DNA of 64,000 bases. Source: Octopus bimaculoides. Its lineage: Eukaryota. A program made the position numbers and the translations under genes. The notes below the pieces were generated by a model. It saw only the letters and a program-made list of their open reading frames with translations, did not search any database and was not told the origin of the DNA. The DNA lies in NCBI RefSeq assembly GCF_001194135.2, contig NC_068995.1, forward strand, positions 50,154,852 to 50,218,851, given 5' to 3'. This document shows, in pieces, positions 27,623-40,700 of the stretch (position 1 is its first letter; every line of letters begins with the position of its first letter).

Positions 27623-27914
27623 CATCATCATCATCATCATCGTCGTTTAACGTCCGCTTTCCATGCTAGCATGGGTTGGACGATTTGACTGAGGACTGGT
27701 GAAACCAGATGGCCACACCAGGCTCCAATCTGATTTGGCAGAGTTTCTACAGCTGGATGCTCTTCCTAACGCCAACCACTCCGAGAGTGTAGTAGGTGCT
27801 TATACGTGCCACCAGCATGAAGGCCAGTAAGGAGGTACTAGCAACAGCCTTGCTCAACATGGTGTATTTTATGTGCCACCTGCACAGGAGCCAGTTCGGA
27901 GGCACTGGCAATGA
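27623..27914 (-). mobile_element. Family A: RTE 3'-tail repeat ending in (GAT)n, representative copy
   Basis: Core ggttggcgttaggaagggcatccagctgtagaaac...ggacgttaaac(gat)n. Copies at ~4018-4335(+), 4611-4955(-), 7293-7405(+), 9645-9790(-), 12580-12738(+), 29960-30178(+), 32110-32850(+), 37237-37530(-), 45635-45828(-), 50850-51090(+), 62260-62415(+). Longer copies begin with the RTE ORF end DRDLW..AV.EKTRQAK*. Confidence 0.85.
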
Positions 27915-28618
27915 TCCACAGGGAACATCAACACAAGGAAATGAAAAAATACAATAAAAGACAATCAAGACATGAAAGGGGATAGGGTTTGTTGCAGCAG
28001 TGAACCGGAACCATGACAGTCGCTGCCTCTACATGTATGACCACATCTAAACAACCCAGACACATCTACAACACTACTGTAACACTATCCGAGTGTATAA
28101 ACTTTCCATGTTCAGTCTGGACAAACATAAAATTTACCTCACACACACACACACACACACACATGCAGGTGTGGCTGTGGTGAGAAGTTTGCTTCACAAC
28201 CACATGGTTCCAGGTTCAGTTCCACAGCATGGTACTTTGGGCGTGTGTCTTTTAGTACAGCTTTGGACAAGCAAATCCTTGTAAGTGGATTTGGTTGGTG
28301 GAAACTGAAAGAAGCCTGTCATATTTGTGTATGTATTATACATACATACATACATACATCTATATACATACATACATACACATACACACATAGTTAGATT
28401 TTGTGGTATCTTTGGAGCATTATTATGTCAATAATAAACCCATACAGTAGTTCTATTATTCCTTAATTGCTTTACTACTTAATCAACTAATCAATTATTT
28501 GGTCAGTCACTCAATTAGTTAGGTTTGTCCAAGTCCTTTTCGTTGCCATTCACAACCGTTTCAAAAACAAAAACGAAAGACATACACACTCACACATATA
28601 TGTATGTTTGTATATATA

Positions 28619-28980
28619 GGCGTAGGAGTGGCTGTGTGGTAAGTAGCTTGCTTACCAACCACATAGTCCCAGGTTTAGTCCCACAGTGTGGCACCTTGGG
28701 CAAGTGTCTTCTTCTATAGCCTCAGGCCAACCAAAGCCTTGTGAATGAATTTGGTAGACGGAAACTGAAAGAAGCCTGTCGTGTGTGTGTGTGTGTTTGT
28801 ACCCCCAACATCGCTTGACAACTGATGCTGGTGCGTTTACGTCCCTGCAACTTAGCAGTTCAGCAAAATAGACCGATAGAATAAGTACTAAGCTTTCAAA
28901 GAATAAGTCCTGGGGTCGATTTGCTCAACTAAAGGCCGTGCTCTAGCATGGCCACAGTCAAATGACAAATAATTAAAAGA
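28619..28980 (+). mobile_element. Family B tRNA-derived SINE, near full-length representative
   Basis: Head ggcgtaggagtggctgtgtggtaag...ggtttagtccc, central (TG/TA)n, tail gtgctctagcatggccacag. Other copies at ~25868-26610, 28168-28325, 29630-29900, 38630-38920, 46925-47075, 58420-58590(-), 61020-61110(-). Confidence 0.85.
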
Positions 28981-30431
28981 AAATATATATATATACACAC
29001 ACACACACACAGGCACTATACGTATATAATTACTTACATAAATGTGCAGGTGTTTGTGTTAATAGATGATCAAGGATATATAGGCAAGGAAAAGAAAGGG
29101 AAAGAGGAAAACACAGTACATGTATTTCAGTTATGTATAGTTTAAAGAGATATTTATAGGAAAAAAATATGGAAGGGAAGGGAAGTAATCTAGAAAATTA
29201 CTTCCGCAGGTCTTAGCTTGGTAAGATGATTTTGTTGTTGTTTGGCCACAGGTCAGCATTGATCAGGTGTGCATTTGATCAGGTGTGCATTTGATCAAAG
29301 TGTTCCAACCATGGCCATCTTAGGGTATTTTCAAGCCTTGTATATAGGATTACAGTATCTCAGGTAGTCTTATTTAAGATGGTAAGCTATGGCTTGAAGG
29401 GAATTTTGCCGCTGTTTATAGCTGGTCAAACAACCACAGAGAAAGATTATGAAAGAGGAGGAATGATAAATGTTGGTGAGATAGCAACAGAAAAGGGGGG
29501 GGGGAACTAGTTTGAGGAACCAAGTCTTGGTGTGCACCACATACCAAAAAAAAAACTGTTACCATATTTAATGCCAGATACGATGCATTTTTATTTTTAA
29601 AAAATCTCACAAAATTCATGGGTGCAGACATGGGTGTATGGTAAGAAGCTCGCTTCCCAACTACATGGTTCCATGTTCAGTCCCACTGCATGGTACCTTG
29701 GACAAGTGTCTTCTACTATATCCTTGGATTGACCAAAACCTTGTGAGTGGATTCGGTAGATGAAAACTGAAAGCCTGTGATATATATAAATGTGTGTGTG
29801 TATGTGTGTCTCTGTCCCCCACCACTGCTTGACATTGGTGTGTTTATGTCCCTGTAACTTAGCGGTTCGGCAAAAGAGACCAATAGAATAAGTACTAACC
29901 TTGTGATTGCATTTGGTAGACAAACTGAAAGAAACCCATTGTACACACACACACGCACATATGCCGTTGCCAGTACTGCCTGACAGGCCTTCGTGCCGGT
30001 GGCACATAAAAGCACCCACTACACTCTCAGAGTGGTTGGCGTTAGGAAGGGCATCCAGCTGTAGAAATTCTGCCAGACCAGACTGGAGCCTGGTGAAGCC
30101 ATCTGGTTCACCAGTCCTCAGTCAAATCGTCCAACCCATGCTAGCATGGAAAACGGACGTTAAACGATAATGATGATGTATGTATATATATATCTACATG
30201 TGTGTGTCTTTGAGTATGTGTTTGTCCCCCACCATCACTGCTTGACAACCGGTGCTGGTGTGTTTACGTTCCTGTAACTTAGCATGGAGCAAAGAATAAA
30301 TAGATTCAATATCTTAAAGAAATTGTGCATCTACATAGATAATGTAGGCATCTTCTGCTATAGCCTCTCAGGCCAATGACAGCATTGGGAGTGAATCTGA
30401 TAAATGGAAACTAAAAGAAGTCCATTAAATA

Positions 30432-30476
<45 letters not shown>

Positions 30477-31448
30477 GTGCATGTGTATTTAACATACATA
30501 TGTATATACATACACTTTATGGTATTCCATAATAATAGTAATGTAAACATATGTGCGTGCGTGCATGTATGTACGTACGTAAGTACATAAATATGTACAA
30601 ACGGATGTACCCACCTATGTATGTAAGCACATACGTAAAGCAAATATACGTGTGTGTGCGTATGTATGTGTGTATGTATGTATGTGTGTATGTATGTATG
30701 TACATACATGTATGCATGCACACATATTTACTTTATTCTCATTATAGAATTGTAGGGCAAAAGTGAAAGTGTTTTTTTCCTCGGCATATAAAAAATAAAA
30801 AAACAAAACGATTTTTCTAGCCAAAAGTGAAAGTATTTTTCTTAGAAAATAAAGGAAAAATGTTTTTGTGTTTTCCTGAGCAAAAAGTAAAAACTGCATT
30901 TATTGTTTTTTTTTCAATAAAAAGGTTAAATAGATCCAATATCATAAAGTAATTGTTCACATCATGTATCTTTTAGCTTTTACTTGTTTCAATCATTAGA
31001 CTGTGGCCATGCTGGGGCACTGACTTGAAGGACTTTTCGTAGAACGAATCAACCCCAGGACTTAATTTTGTTAAGCCTCATACTTATTCTGTCATCCCTT
31101 TTGTTGAACCACTAAGTTGTGGGACATAAACACACCAGTCAGGCGGTACTGGCAACGGCCACGCTCAAAATGGTGTATTTTACGTGCCACCCGCACAAGA
31201 GCCAGTCCAGCGGCTGGGAGATTTGGCTACTATTTCTAGCAGGTCATATAATTTACTTCACTCCAACTATTGAGGATCCCTCATTGGTTTGTGAAAGAAT
31301 GTACAGCATTACATGTCACTGTACCATATCTTGTAACAGTAAAGAGGAGGAAAAGAAGCAAGGCAAAAGCTAACCAACAAAAAACAAAAAAAAATAGCAG
31401 TAATGTAAAAGAAATTAACAAAAAAAGCAACAAAAATAGAATACCTAC

Positions 31449-31840
31449 TTTTCATAAGGTTCTGGTGGTGGATATAGCTGGACTGTACATTTTAGCTGAC
31501 CACAGGTCAAAGTCATAACATAGGGAGAGAAGATGTCATCGGCAAATCTCTGGAACATCTGCTGGACAGATTTTGTAGAAAGGGCAGCATCAGGGGTATA
31601 AATGTCTCCGCCATATCCATTAATGTCAATTAACTTTTGAAAGAGCGGCAGAGAAACCCGGAGGTTAGGATCTGAGGGGGGCGCAATGCACATCACATAG
31701 AGTTTGCATCTTGTGTTGAAAGGTAACGGGAAATTTCCTTTCTCACTGTTGTTCTTTGATTCTCTTTTGTGATACTTTTGTAATGAATAGGACAAAGAAC
31801 CAGGACCAATGCCAGAACAACCATCGGTGATTAACAGAAC
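31449..31840 (-). CDS. INTS14: INTS14 coding exon 3
   Basis: ttttgcag|VLLITDGCSGIGPGSL...FPLPFNTRCKLYVMCIA...LTCGQLKCTVQLYPPPEPYE(K)|gtaggt; 392 nt, phase 0/2. Confidence 0.95.
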
Positions 31841-32025
31841 CTGCAAAACAAATTCAGAAGGAGGGTGAAAATGTTACAGAGGTAAAGGAATTTGTGTTTA
31901 TACAGATATATATGTGTGTGTGTATATATATATATTCTCTCTTTCCTTTCCTGAGCGTCCAATAATACTATCCATATCACGTCCTCACTTTGTTGTTTTT
32001 TTGTTTTTTTGTTATTGTTTTTTTG

Positions 32026-32092
<67 letters not shown>

Positions 32093-33008
32093 GCATGATT
32101 TTTGGGCCCCACGGAGGCAATGACTAGTGACCGAGACCTTTGGCATTGTGCTCTGCTTGAGAGAACCGATCAAGCCAAGTGAAATCGTAGTCATGGCTGA
32201 TGCTGGTCGCACATAAAAAGCACCTTTCGAGTGTTAAGCCTCATGGAGACAAAGTGGCTAAGCTCCTTTCAAATGTCTGGCCTCATGGAGGCAATGACCA
32301 AAACCATTGGCATTATGTCGTGCTTGAAAAGAAGACCCATCAAGCCGGGCAAAATTGCAGTCATGGCAGATACAAGTGTCAAGTAAATGGCACCTGTGGC
32401 TGTGGCATGTAAAAGCACCCATTACACTCTTGGAGTGGTTGGCATTAGGAAGGGCATCCAGCCATAGAAACCTTGCCAAATCAGACTGGAATCTGGTGCA
32501 GCCTTCCAGCGTGCCAGCCCTGGTCAAACTGTCGAACCCATGCCAGCATGGACAGCATCCATCTACCAAATCCACTCTCAAGGCTTTGTTCGGCTCGAGG
32601 CTACAGTAGAAGACACTTGCGCAAGGTGCCATGCAGTGGCTCTGAACCCAGAACCATGTGGTTGGCAAGCAAGCTACTTTGTGCCTATATATTTATTAGA
32701 AAGGGCATCCAGCTGTAGAAACCATGCCAAATCAAACAAGAGTCTGGTGCAGCCCCACCTCCCAGCTTGCCAGTTCTGGTCACATTGTCCAACCCATGCC
32801 AGCATGGACAACAGATGTTAAATGATGACAATGATGTTGATGATGATGATGAAATACATAATACATGTATAACCTATATATAATATATAAAAGAGACATT
32901 CTGTCTGTGTGTTTGTTTGTTTGTCCTCCAAAATGAAAGTAAGTGGCTTAAGGGAAACTATTATGCTTTTTGTTATCTTATCTTATCTTATATCTTATAT
33001 ATATATAC

Positions 33009-34441
33009 ATGAACCGCAAAAGAAACACAAGCCGTGTGTGACTATGAGATATGTTTTAATTCCATTATGTCAGAGATAAAGTTTGATAAACCTGATAAAG
33101 TTCATTTCTTTGAAACACTTTGACCACAGTCTATGGGTCATTATCATGTGTTTTGAGAGTGGGCGGATCCAGCACATTGAGATTGTAGGGTGCGACATGT
33201 TCAATACCGTGTATGCCCCTCCTTGGGTGTTCAAAACGACCATACACCGTTGGTACATGGAGTGCATGAGGCAGTTCACAAAAGCCAGTGGCACTTATGA
33301 TCACAGCCTAAGAAAAGCTGCCTCCATGTCCACACAAGTTGTTGGCCTTGGGACCACCTGGTTCTGATGTTGTGCTGATGCAAGAAGTCCATGGTGACCC
33401 TGGCTGGTGGGAGGGAGCATTGTCCTGCTGGAAAATGTGGCTATGGTGATGCACGAAGAAGGGCATGATGTAAGGTCTTAAGATCTGGTCAATGTGCTGG
33501 GCTGTGATGCCATTCCCTCTGCCTGCACATTTTGGAACATATGGGGCCTAATTCTCTGATTCAGGCCTACAGCACCTCAAACCATGCTACTTTGGCCACC
33601 CCATGCGTCTCTCTCCATGACATGTGTCTGTAGTGCTCACCTCTCCTACGCCACACCCTCACTCTGCCATCCAAGGTGGAAACGCAGTACTGACTCTCAT
33701 CAGGGAAGACTATCAACCTCCATTGTTGGTGCTGTGTAACCCACTGTAGTCATGCCTGACAGCGGTGGGCAGTGAGGACAGGATGTTGAGCAGGACGGCA
33801 GCAACGCAGGTTGTTGGCGGTCAGTCGACGTCGTACTGTGTCGTTGCTGATGGGTCACTGTCCAGTGCCAATGGTCTCACAAGCTGTCATGCTGACCGGT
33901 CTGAAGCGATCATGGAGGTGTTGCAAGTGAATGGAGTGATCCTGCCTGGGTGTGGTCACCCAGGGGCCCCTCTGAAGGCATGGTCTGCAGTGCTGTTGTT
34001 GTTGTAGCACTGTTGTAAGTGATAGATGGTGCTGACATGGACAGTGAAAGCTTTCGCATCAATCAGGGCACACAGCCCTATTTGCAATCGGCCAATAGCT
34101 TGTTCCCTCTATGCTGCTGACAATCAGGTCATACCAGATGCGTCCAAATTACAAATGCCAGGAACATGGTTCAAGTTGATTTTTATACCCATAACCTCCA
34201 CAAGATGCATGTGCATTTTGGTTTTCGTGACAATTGTTTGCAACTGCCACCCATGCCATTCAACACAGCTGCATTTTGACATCTTGTTTCAGGGAAAGTT
34301 GAAAGGTTACCTGCAATTTGGGTCTCTGCAATAAACCAGCATGTCTTGGAATATTTACACTTACATCCCCAAAATAAATTTTCAGAATTTACCATATAAG
34401 AATGACATTTGAAAAAATCATGTTTCTTTTGTGGTTCAGTG
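33009..34441 (-). mobile_element. Decayed Tc1-like transposon
   Basis: TIRs catgaaccgcaaaagaaaca / tgtttcttttgtggttcagtg, both next to TA. Minus-strand remnants include EQAIGRLQ.G, DES.YCVSTLDGRVRVWRRRGEHY, HIFQQDNAPSH and SMYQRC..V....GG. Confidence 0.85.
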
Positions 34442-34446
34442 TATAT

Positions 34447-34700
34447 GAGAGATTCTGTCCATCTGTGTGTTAGTTCATTTGTTTGTCCACCAAAATGAAA
34501 GTAAATGGTTCAAGGGAAGCTACTATGCTTTTTTTTTTATCTCCCGTTATGCTATTACCTAAGATGTCTAGAAAAAAATGGTACAACACTAATTGTACAC
34601 AAACCTATGAGGAACTGCATTGAGGCAAATATTCTCACTGGTTGTGGCAAAGGTGACACCGTCTTCGTTCCTTGCATACCAGTTATACCAGTTTCTGGAG
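34447..34700 (+). mobile_element. Helitron fragment (PIF1-like helicase remnant)
   Basis: NGTTLIVHKPMRNCIEANILTGCGKGDTVFVPCIPVIP resembles Helitron helicase LCNGTRLIV...VIEATILTG..KGE.VFIPRIP.IP; a related 5'-end copy lies at ~32872-32975. Confidence 0.7.
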
Positions 34701-35499
34701 AGATTACATATTTTCTTTGGTGGCATTTTTTTTCCAACATTGTAAACAAAAAATTATGAACAAAGAATAATACAATAATAGAGAAAGGGAGGGAGATATA
34801 TACAGAGAGACAGACACATATATATACACATACACAATATATATTCAATTAGTTTTACCCAGAAGATAGTTGAAACACTACATCATAACCTTCATAATTT
34901 TCTCTTTCTCTATTTTCCATTAGGTTAAGTTGGAGTTGGATCAGAGGATGGCCAAGAATTTAGAGAACAACCTAACAAATAAATCGAAAATGACTTCGAC
35001 CACACAGTCTCAGCTGTGAATCAGTTTTACACGGTCAAGATGAAGGGGGACAACTCCCGTCATCAGAGTGTCAGTGCGAAAACAAGAATTACACAAACGT
35101 GTATGTGTTGGCTATGGGCGGTGATGTTGCTGTAATTTCTCCTATCAATGGGTCAACGATGAATGGAAAAAAGAAATAGTAATAGGAAGTGTGTCCAAGA
35201 GTCTGGTGCAGCCCCACAGCTTAATAGCCCTGGTCAAACCTCTTCTAATGCTAGCATGGAAAATCTTATGTAAAAGGGAATGAAAAAGCTGTCATCATCA
35301 ATATCTGTACATAAATTTTTCTACTGTGGCATGGATCTGATGATTAGTGCAGTAATGAGGTTGTGTGATGGTTACACTTGAAGAAACCCATGGAACCTTA
35401 GTTAAGATTTTTAGTTAAATACACTAAAACAGACATTTAACATGCAGTTAGTATTAAATGTTTAATTAATATGATAAGAGTCTATTTAGGATAACTCAC

Positions 35500-35670
35500 C
35501 TGAGATGTGGCAAAGATACTCCACTCTTCAGTTATGATTGAATTCACTCCACTCAATGCTGTTTCAATGCAGGTTTTACTATATTCATCCACTTTGTTTA
35601 GAACCATTCTTATTTGTTCAACATCACGAGTAAATGGCACCAGTTGTTCCCATAAATAAGAAAACACTAC
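35500..35670 (-). CDS. INTS14: INTS14 coding exon 2
   Basis: ctcag|VVFSYLWEQLVPFTRDVEQIRMVLNKVDEYSKTCIETALSGVNSIITEEWSIFATSQ|gtgagt; 171 nt, phase 0/0. Confidence 0.95.
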
Positions 35671-36818
35671 CTGAGTGCAAAAAGAAATAAAAAAGATATA
35701 TTTCTGGGTAAAAAGAAGTTGCCTTAACTCATCCACAGGGGGCAGCCTGGTATGGTAGGGAATTTTATAGAGAGATAGTGTAGTGTCCCCTTTAATACGA
35801 TGCTTGTGTGTGTGTTTGTGTGTCTGTGTTTGTCCCCCCAACATCGCTTGACAAACAATGCTAGTGTGTTTACGTCCCTGTAACTTAGTGGTTCAGCAAA
35901 AAAGAGATAGAATAAGTATTAAGCTTACAAAGAATAAGTCCTGGGGTCAATTTGCTTGACTAAATGGTTATGAAGGTGACTAGGTATATATCCATAGAGA
36001 GTCAGATAGTGTTGATGTCTTCATGGCACTACAAGATATGGTAGGGAGTTTTTAAACAGTATATTATCTTTTCTCTACAATGCCTGGTTCATTGAGAAGG
36101 GCTCTTTCTGAGGTGTAATAGTAAATGAACAGCTGATAATCCTAGGTGCTGTCTGCCAAATTTAAAGGGCATATCCTCTCTGCTAGTTCAGCCTTTGTTG
36201 TAGGTACAATAGCATATGAGCTTAAGACTGTCACTGGCTGTGCGTCTGTTGTCAAAATGGGCAAAGTAAACTAGTCAGCTGGCAATAGGGGAGTAGCAGA
36301 GTTGACAACCATGCATTGCTATCTCCTGCCACATAGGGTGGCATAGAGTGAGAAAGAGGAATTGATAGAAGATATAGTAATGGAAGAGGGTTAGAGTGAT
36401 TGGAATGAGACAGTGACAAAAGAGAGAGAGAGATAGTGTGATAGACTGCTATATTTGATGGTTGTTAGTAAGAAACTTGAATAGAAGCAGACTAAGCAAG
36501 GGAGACCTAAAAGTAACTATTAAACATCCGAGCCAATCTTCCTGGGTGTTTCCAGCAATTGTGTTTGACACAGGCTGTTTTCCCAGTCTTCTGTGGAAAA
36601 AATATTTGGTGATGGGGGAAATATTGCTTTGCTTGGAAACAGGTGAGGGTTGTGAAAGGAAGGACAGCCAACCATACAAAAATCATCTGCCTCAATTTTT
36701 GCCTGTTCCATAGAAGCATGGAGAAATAGATAATAGATGATGATGATGTTGAGACATACACACACACTTACACACACATCAGAAAAATAAAAGCTATTGA
36801 AACGTAGAAGGATCTTAC

Positions 36819-36980
36819 AAGAGATGTAAATTCTAATTTACAATTGGTTCCCATATAATCCAGTAAAGTATTAATTCCTTGTATAGCTAGATGTCTCCTC
36901 TGTACTTCTTCTGAAAACTCAGGCAGGTTCACAGGACGGCTCATTGATAATGAGCAATCCAGAAGGATGATCGTTGGCAT
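36819..36980 (-). CDS. INTS14: Integrator complex subunit 14 (VWA9), coding exon 1
   Basis: MPTIILLDCSLSMSRPVNLPEFSEEVQRRHLAIQGINTLLDYMGTNCKLEFTSL resembles the INTS14 N-terminus as I recall it (human MPTVVVMDVSLSMTRPV...YKLEFTAL), with a MIDAS-like DxSxS. Acceptor tttacag|ctgtcaccATG (exon starts 36988); donor CTT|gtaaga, phase 0. Confidence 0.95.
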
Positions 36981-37599
36981 GGTGACAGCTGTAAATTACA
37001 AACATAAGGTCAAAAGTTAATATAAACAACCAAGATAACTTAATCATTATACATTTTAAAAACACAACAGCAAAAATGCAAATATAGAAATGCTTCCATG
37101 TCTAAGATAAATCATACTTGGATAAGCTGAAGTAGTTGATCTTGATAGTAAGCAACATTAAATCGATATCCTTCTGCTTGTGTGGATAGATTTTAGACCA
37201 CCTTCTGACTGTGTCACTAGATCTCACAATTTACGTCATCATCGTCGTTTAATGTCCGCTTCCCATGCTAGCATGGGTTAGACGATTCGACTGAGGACTG
37301 GTGAAACCAGATGGCTACACCAGGCTCCAATCTGATTTGGCAGAGTGTCTACAGCTGGATGCCTTTCCTAACGCCAACCACTCCAAGAGTGTAGTGGGTG
37401 CTTTTACGTGCCACCGGCACGAAGGCCAGTCAGGCAGTACTGACAACGGCCATGCTCAAAATGGTGTATTTTACGTGCCACCTGCACAGGAGCCAGTTCG
37501 GCAGCACTGGAAACGATCTCGCTCGAATGTCTTTACACATGCCATCTGGCACAAGTGCCAGGAGGGCGATGCCTCTCATATGCCTAATGCTAGTGAATT

Positions 37600-37960
37600 A
37601 TAAAAGCCGTCTCTGCTTTAGCTCGAGGAATATTGGTATCAGATTTCTGTAGATGTTACAAAGTGTTGAATATGATCTCCTACTGATGTTTTGTATCTTT
37701 CTGAGCAGGTCGGTATATGTTCCATCAAGTTGTTTTTCTAAGAGAGCCGATAAGGTCCAAGTCTCTGATCCTTAGAGAAGGACCGGCTCAATCAGTGTTT
37801 CTAAATATTTTAACTTTTAACGTGAGCAGAAGGCTTGAGTGCCAGATCTTATCAAGCCTGTTACATGCATCCCGAGCAAGAGCTTTGCGGATGCGAAAGT
37901 CCCTTTGGGAGTCTACTATGTATGATATCTGGAATCGTCAACGTTTTTGATTGATATATT
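37600..37960 (-). mobile_element. RTE-clade LINE fragment
   Basis: DFRIRKALARDACNRLDKIWHS...LKVKIF / EPVLL.GSETWTL...LEKQLDGTYT.LLRKIQNIS. Confidence 0.7.
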
Positions 37961-40012
37961 ATTGAGACAATTAAAACAGGTGGGTCGGGGTAAATGATGC
38001 AATAATCGCCAGTGTGGCACAACTACCGTTGACAGAAAATAGAATTAATTTATAGGATTCAAACTGAATGACATGAATTTGTGTTGCAAGATTCCTGATG
38101 TGAAGTCGTGTGTTGAAACAGATATTGTTGTATTTCGGTTATGTCATTTTTTTTCTTCCAAATAAACACTCGCACTGTATATTCGTTCTTCACTCGTTTA
38201 TTACTGTTCTTATTCTCATTCATTGTCCGGAAATCTTTCGTCACACATCTGAGACCTCCCAAGCGACACTTTCCGCAGAGCAAGGGCACATACCAAGACG
38301 GAAAGTGTCGCTGAGGAGGTCACAGATGTATGAAGAAAAATTTCCGGACATGAATTAGAATAAGAACAGTAATAAACAAGTGAAGAACGAATATATAGTG
38401 CTTGTATCTTTGGGGGGTGGGGAGACCATCCCGAGATATATGAATAACATGAGTTATCTCCCTTATATATATGTTTTCTTCTATTTTCAATTATTTAAAG
38501 TTTGCTTGAAGGGAACGAGCTGGTTTCTGATAAAGATACAAAGCTCCATCATTGGAATAGAGATAGTAAAAATGTCATATGTTGAACGTAAGCGCGTTTG
38601 GTCTTCAATTCCTTGAAAATAAATTAATATAGTGTGGCACTTTGGACAAGTTTCTTCGATTATAGTCTCGCGTTGACCAAAGCTTTGAGTGGATTTAGTG
38701 GAGGAAACTGAAAGGAGCCCGTCGTATGTGTGTGTGTTTGTCCACCACCATCGCTTGACAACCGGTGTTAGTGTGTTTACGTCTCCCTAACTTGGCGGTT
38801 CGTCAAACGAGATTTTTAAAAAAATAAGTACTGGGGTCGATTCATTCGACTAAAATTCGTCGAGGCAATGTTTTAGCAAGGCCTAAGTCTAATGGCTGAA
38901 ACACGTAAAAGATAAAGGAATATATATATTTCGTGTTTGTATCTAGTTTGCAATATTCTTTATGTGAATTCGTGCGTTGAAACAAATTTTGTTTTGTCTA
39001 GAGAGAGTCATTTATGCCAATATTATTGACACACACACTAGTTCGATTCCACTCTTTTATTATTAGTCAATTGGTTAAATATCCAGACTAACTAATCGAT
39101 TGTTTGGTTAAACAGTAAGTCATTTGTTTTGTTTTTGTTTGTCAATATTGGCATAATGATTCTCCCTAGACACAACAGCATATATATATGTAGCAAATAT
39201 TAGATCAAAACGAGATCTTATTTTCCTCATTGAAAAAAAAAATTCCCTGTAATTAATAAAACTGTCACGTATTTTGTTTGAGATATTGAATAAAAGGTGA
39301 TTTATTTTTTTAATATACGTGTAATAAATACTTTCTATTTCGTATTCTCGTTATATATACAAGAAATGCATTGTCAATTAATAATCGATTTTAAAAAAGA
39401 AATTATCTCTTGTACATCTATAAACAGATCGTTCGCACTTAGCCATCAACTGATAATCTATTAATATTTGCTTCAAATTTTGGCACTGGGCCAGCAATTT
39501 TTAGAAAGCGGAGAAGTCGATCATATCGACCCCAGTGTTCAGCTGGTACTTATTTTATCGACCCTGAAAGATTGAAAGACAAAAACGACCTTCGCAGAAT
39601 TTGAACTCGGAACATAAAGACGTATGAAATGCCACTGAACATTTTGTCCGGTATGCTAATGACTCTACCAGCTCGCCGCCTTCCTATTAACTATTAATAT
39701 TAAATACATGTGAAGTCTATTAAATCTATAATCACCAACAACTTTGCACAAGTGTTAAAAGAACACACGCATACACACACATATATATATATATATACAC
39801 ATATATATATATACACACATACACACAAACACGTTTGATGTATAGATTGGAGCAGTACTCAATACATGCGGCAGAGTTTATTTATCTAGGAGATTAATGA
39901 TTACATACAACGAGGAACTCTTGAGTAACGACGAAGTGAATTATATATATATGTATATAAAGTTACAAAAATATAATAAATGGTTGGCGTTTAATGAAGT
40001 AGTATTACTTAC

Positions 40013-40150
40013 AATAAAATCTGGTGGTATAGTATCTAGAATAATTTAAAAAGAGGAGGAAATTTTACAAAATCATTGATTCTTCATAAAATCCATGCCT
40101 CTTTGAATCTACGATCTTCCGCCAGTATTCTTTAAAACGAGACTATTTTG
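40013..40150 (-). other. INTS14: Candidate non-coding first exon of INTS14
   Basis: Coding exon 1 starts at an acceptor only 8 nt before the ATG, so an upstream exon is needed. A consensus minus-strand donor (att|gtaagt) lies at 40013/40012 in unique CpG-containing sequence, near a GGCGGAAG motif (~40116-40123). The 5' boundary is a guess. Confidence 0.4.
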
Positions 40151-40700
40151 TCAACATTATTTTGTTCCGGCGACCTAAATAAATCTCAACCATAAAATTG
40201 AAAATATATTAAGAAAGAATAATTCCCGTTATTAAAGATGTAAAAATTAACTAAAATAGATTCTCGGATTATTTGAAATATTTGCATATATCGTCAGACT
40301 TAATAACTTAAATTATTTTTAAAGGACTAATATTTTCGTGCAGCATAAAAATAATATTCACCGTTTTTCGTATTATTCGATGTACTTTCGTGTCGCGCTT
40401 TGTGCGGTTTTATTCGTGTGTTGTTGATGTTTTCTAGAAGGCTTGAATACCATAGAATCTAATTTTCCTTCTACAGTTGCCAGAAATAATTTTAAGGCGT
40501 ACAGCCGCACAAAGGTTTCGTTTTTTAGTTGTTATCTCACCTTTAACCGTGAATCTGTAATATATATATATATAATCAGAAACTAGTTAGGGTTTGGCGA
40601 TTTACAGTTAAAGTGTATAAATCTATTTTGCTTATATTTGGAATTAAAAAATTGTGTAACTTCTATACAACTATACCTTTTATAGGTAAATGGACATGGC
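40100..40700. promoter_or_regulatory. Putative bidirectional promoter region
   Basis: Unique sequence with retained CpGs (e.g. ttcgtgtcgcgctttgtgcgg at ~40388) between two divergently oriented gene models; possible plus-strand donors at 40515 and 40686. Confidence 0.35.
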
